Part shown: one piece after another, positions 62,857-64,000 of the stretch | Layout: each line of letters starts with the position of its first letter | Numbering within the stretch: position 1 is the stretch's first letter | Assembly (NCBI RefSeq): GCF_963506605.1 | Contig: NC_083288.1 | Span: 44,454,001-44,518,000 of the forward strand | DNA length: 64,000 nucleotides | Direction: 5' to 3' | Source of the DNA: Zootoca vivipara | Taxonomy: Eukaryota | Translations under genes and position numbers: made by a program | The notes under the pieces: generated by a model | Database searches by the model: none | What the model saw: the letters and a program-made list of their open reading frames with translations, nothing else | Told to the model about the DNA's origin: nothing

Positions 62857-64000
<1,144 letters not shown>

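Overview
Vertebrate genomic DNA, almost certainly from a squamate and probably a lacertid-type lizard (inferred from Sauria SINE, BovB and the L2/hAT/Tigger MITE repertoire). The window is part of a replication-dependent histone gene cluster interleaved with a tRNA gene cluster. Intact histone genes: one divergent H2B/H2A pair, one H3.2, and a second H2A/H2B pair whose H2B is cut by the window end. Histone relics: 5'-truncated H3, MITE-split H2B, internally deleted H3 minigene, two complementary H1 fragments. There are 19 full-length tRNA genes and 2 tRNA pseudogenes. About half the window is transposable elements: an Ngaro-type tyrosine-recombinase retrotransposon with an SGNH hydrolase ORF plus a short relative, a Penelope-like element (RT + GIY-YIG) carrying minimal hammerhead ribozymes, a near-full-length L2, three BovB pieces, a non-autonomous Helitron, solo LTRs and many hAT and Tc1/mariner MITEs with readable target-site duplications. 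Best leads: Penelope derivatives that fold back or break at the hammerhead AGCT palindrome; an H3 minigene that keeps promoter, stem-loop and HDE; a duplicated H3 3'-processing cassette; an RT-deleted Ngaro with an in-frame gag/RNase H-tail fusion; an L2 inserted in a tRNA-Ile(TAT) intron. All calls were made by eye without database searches; TE family names are best matches from memory.
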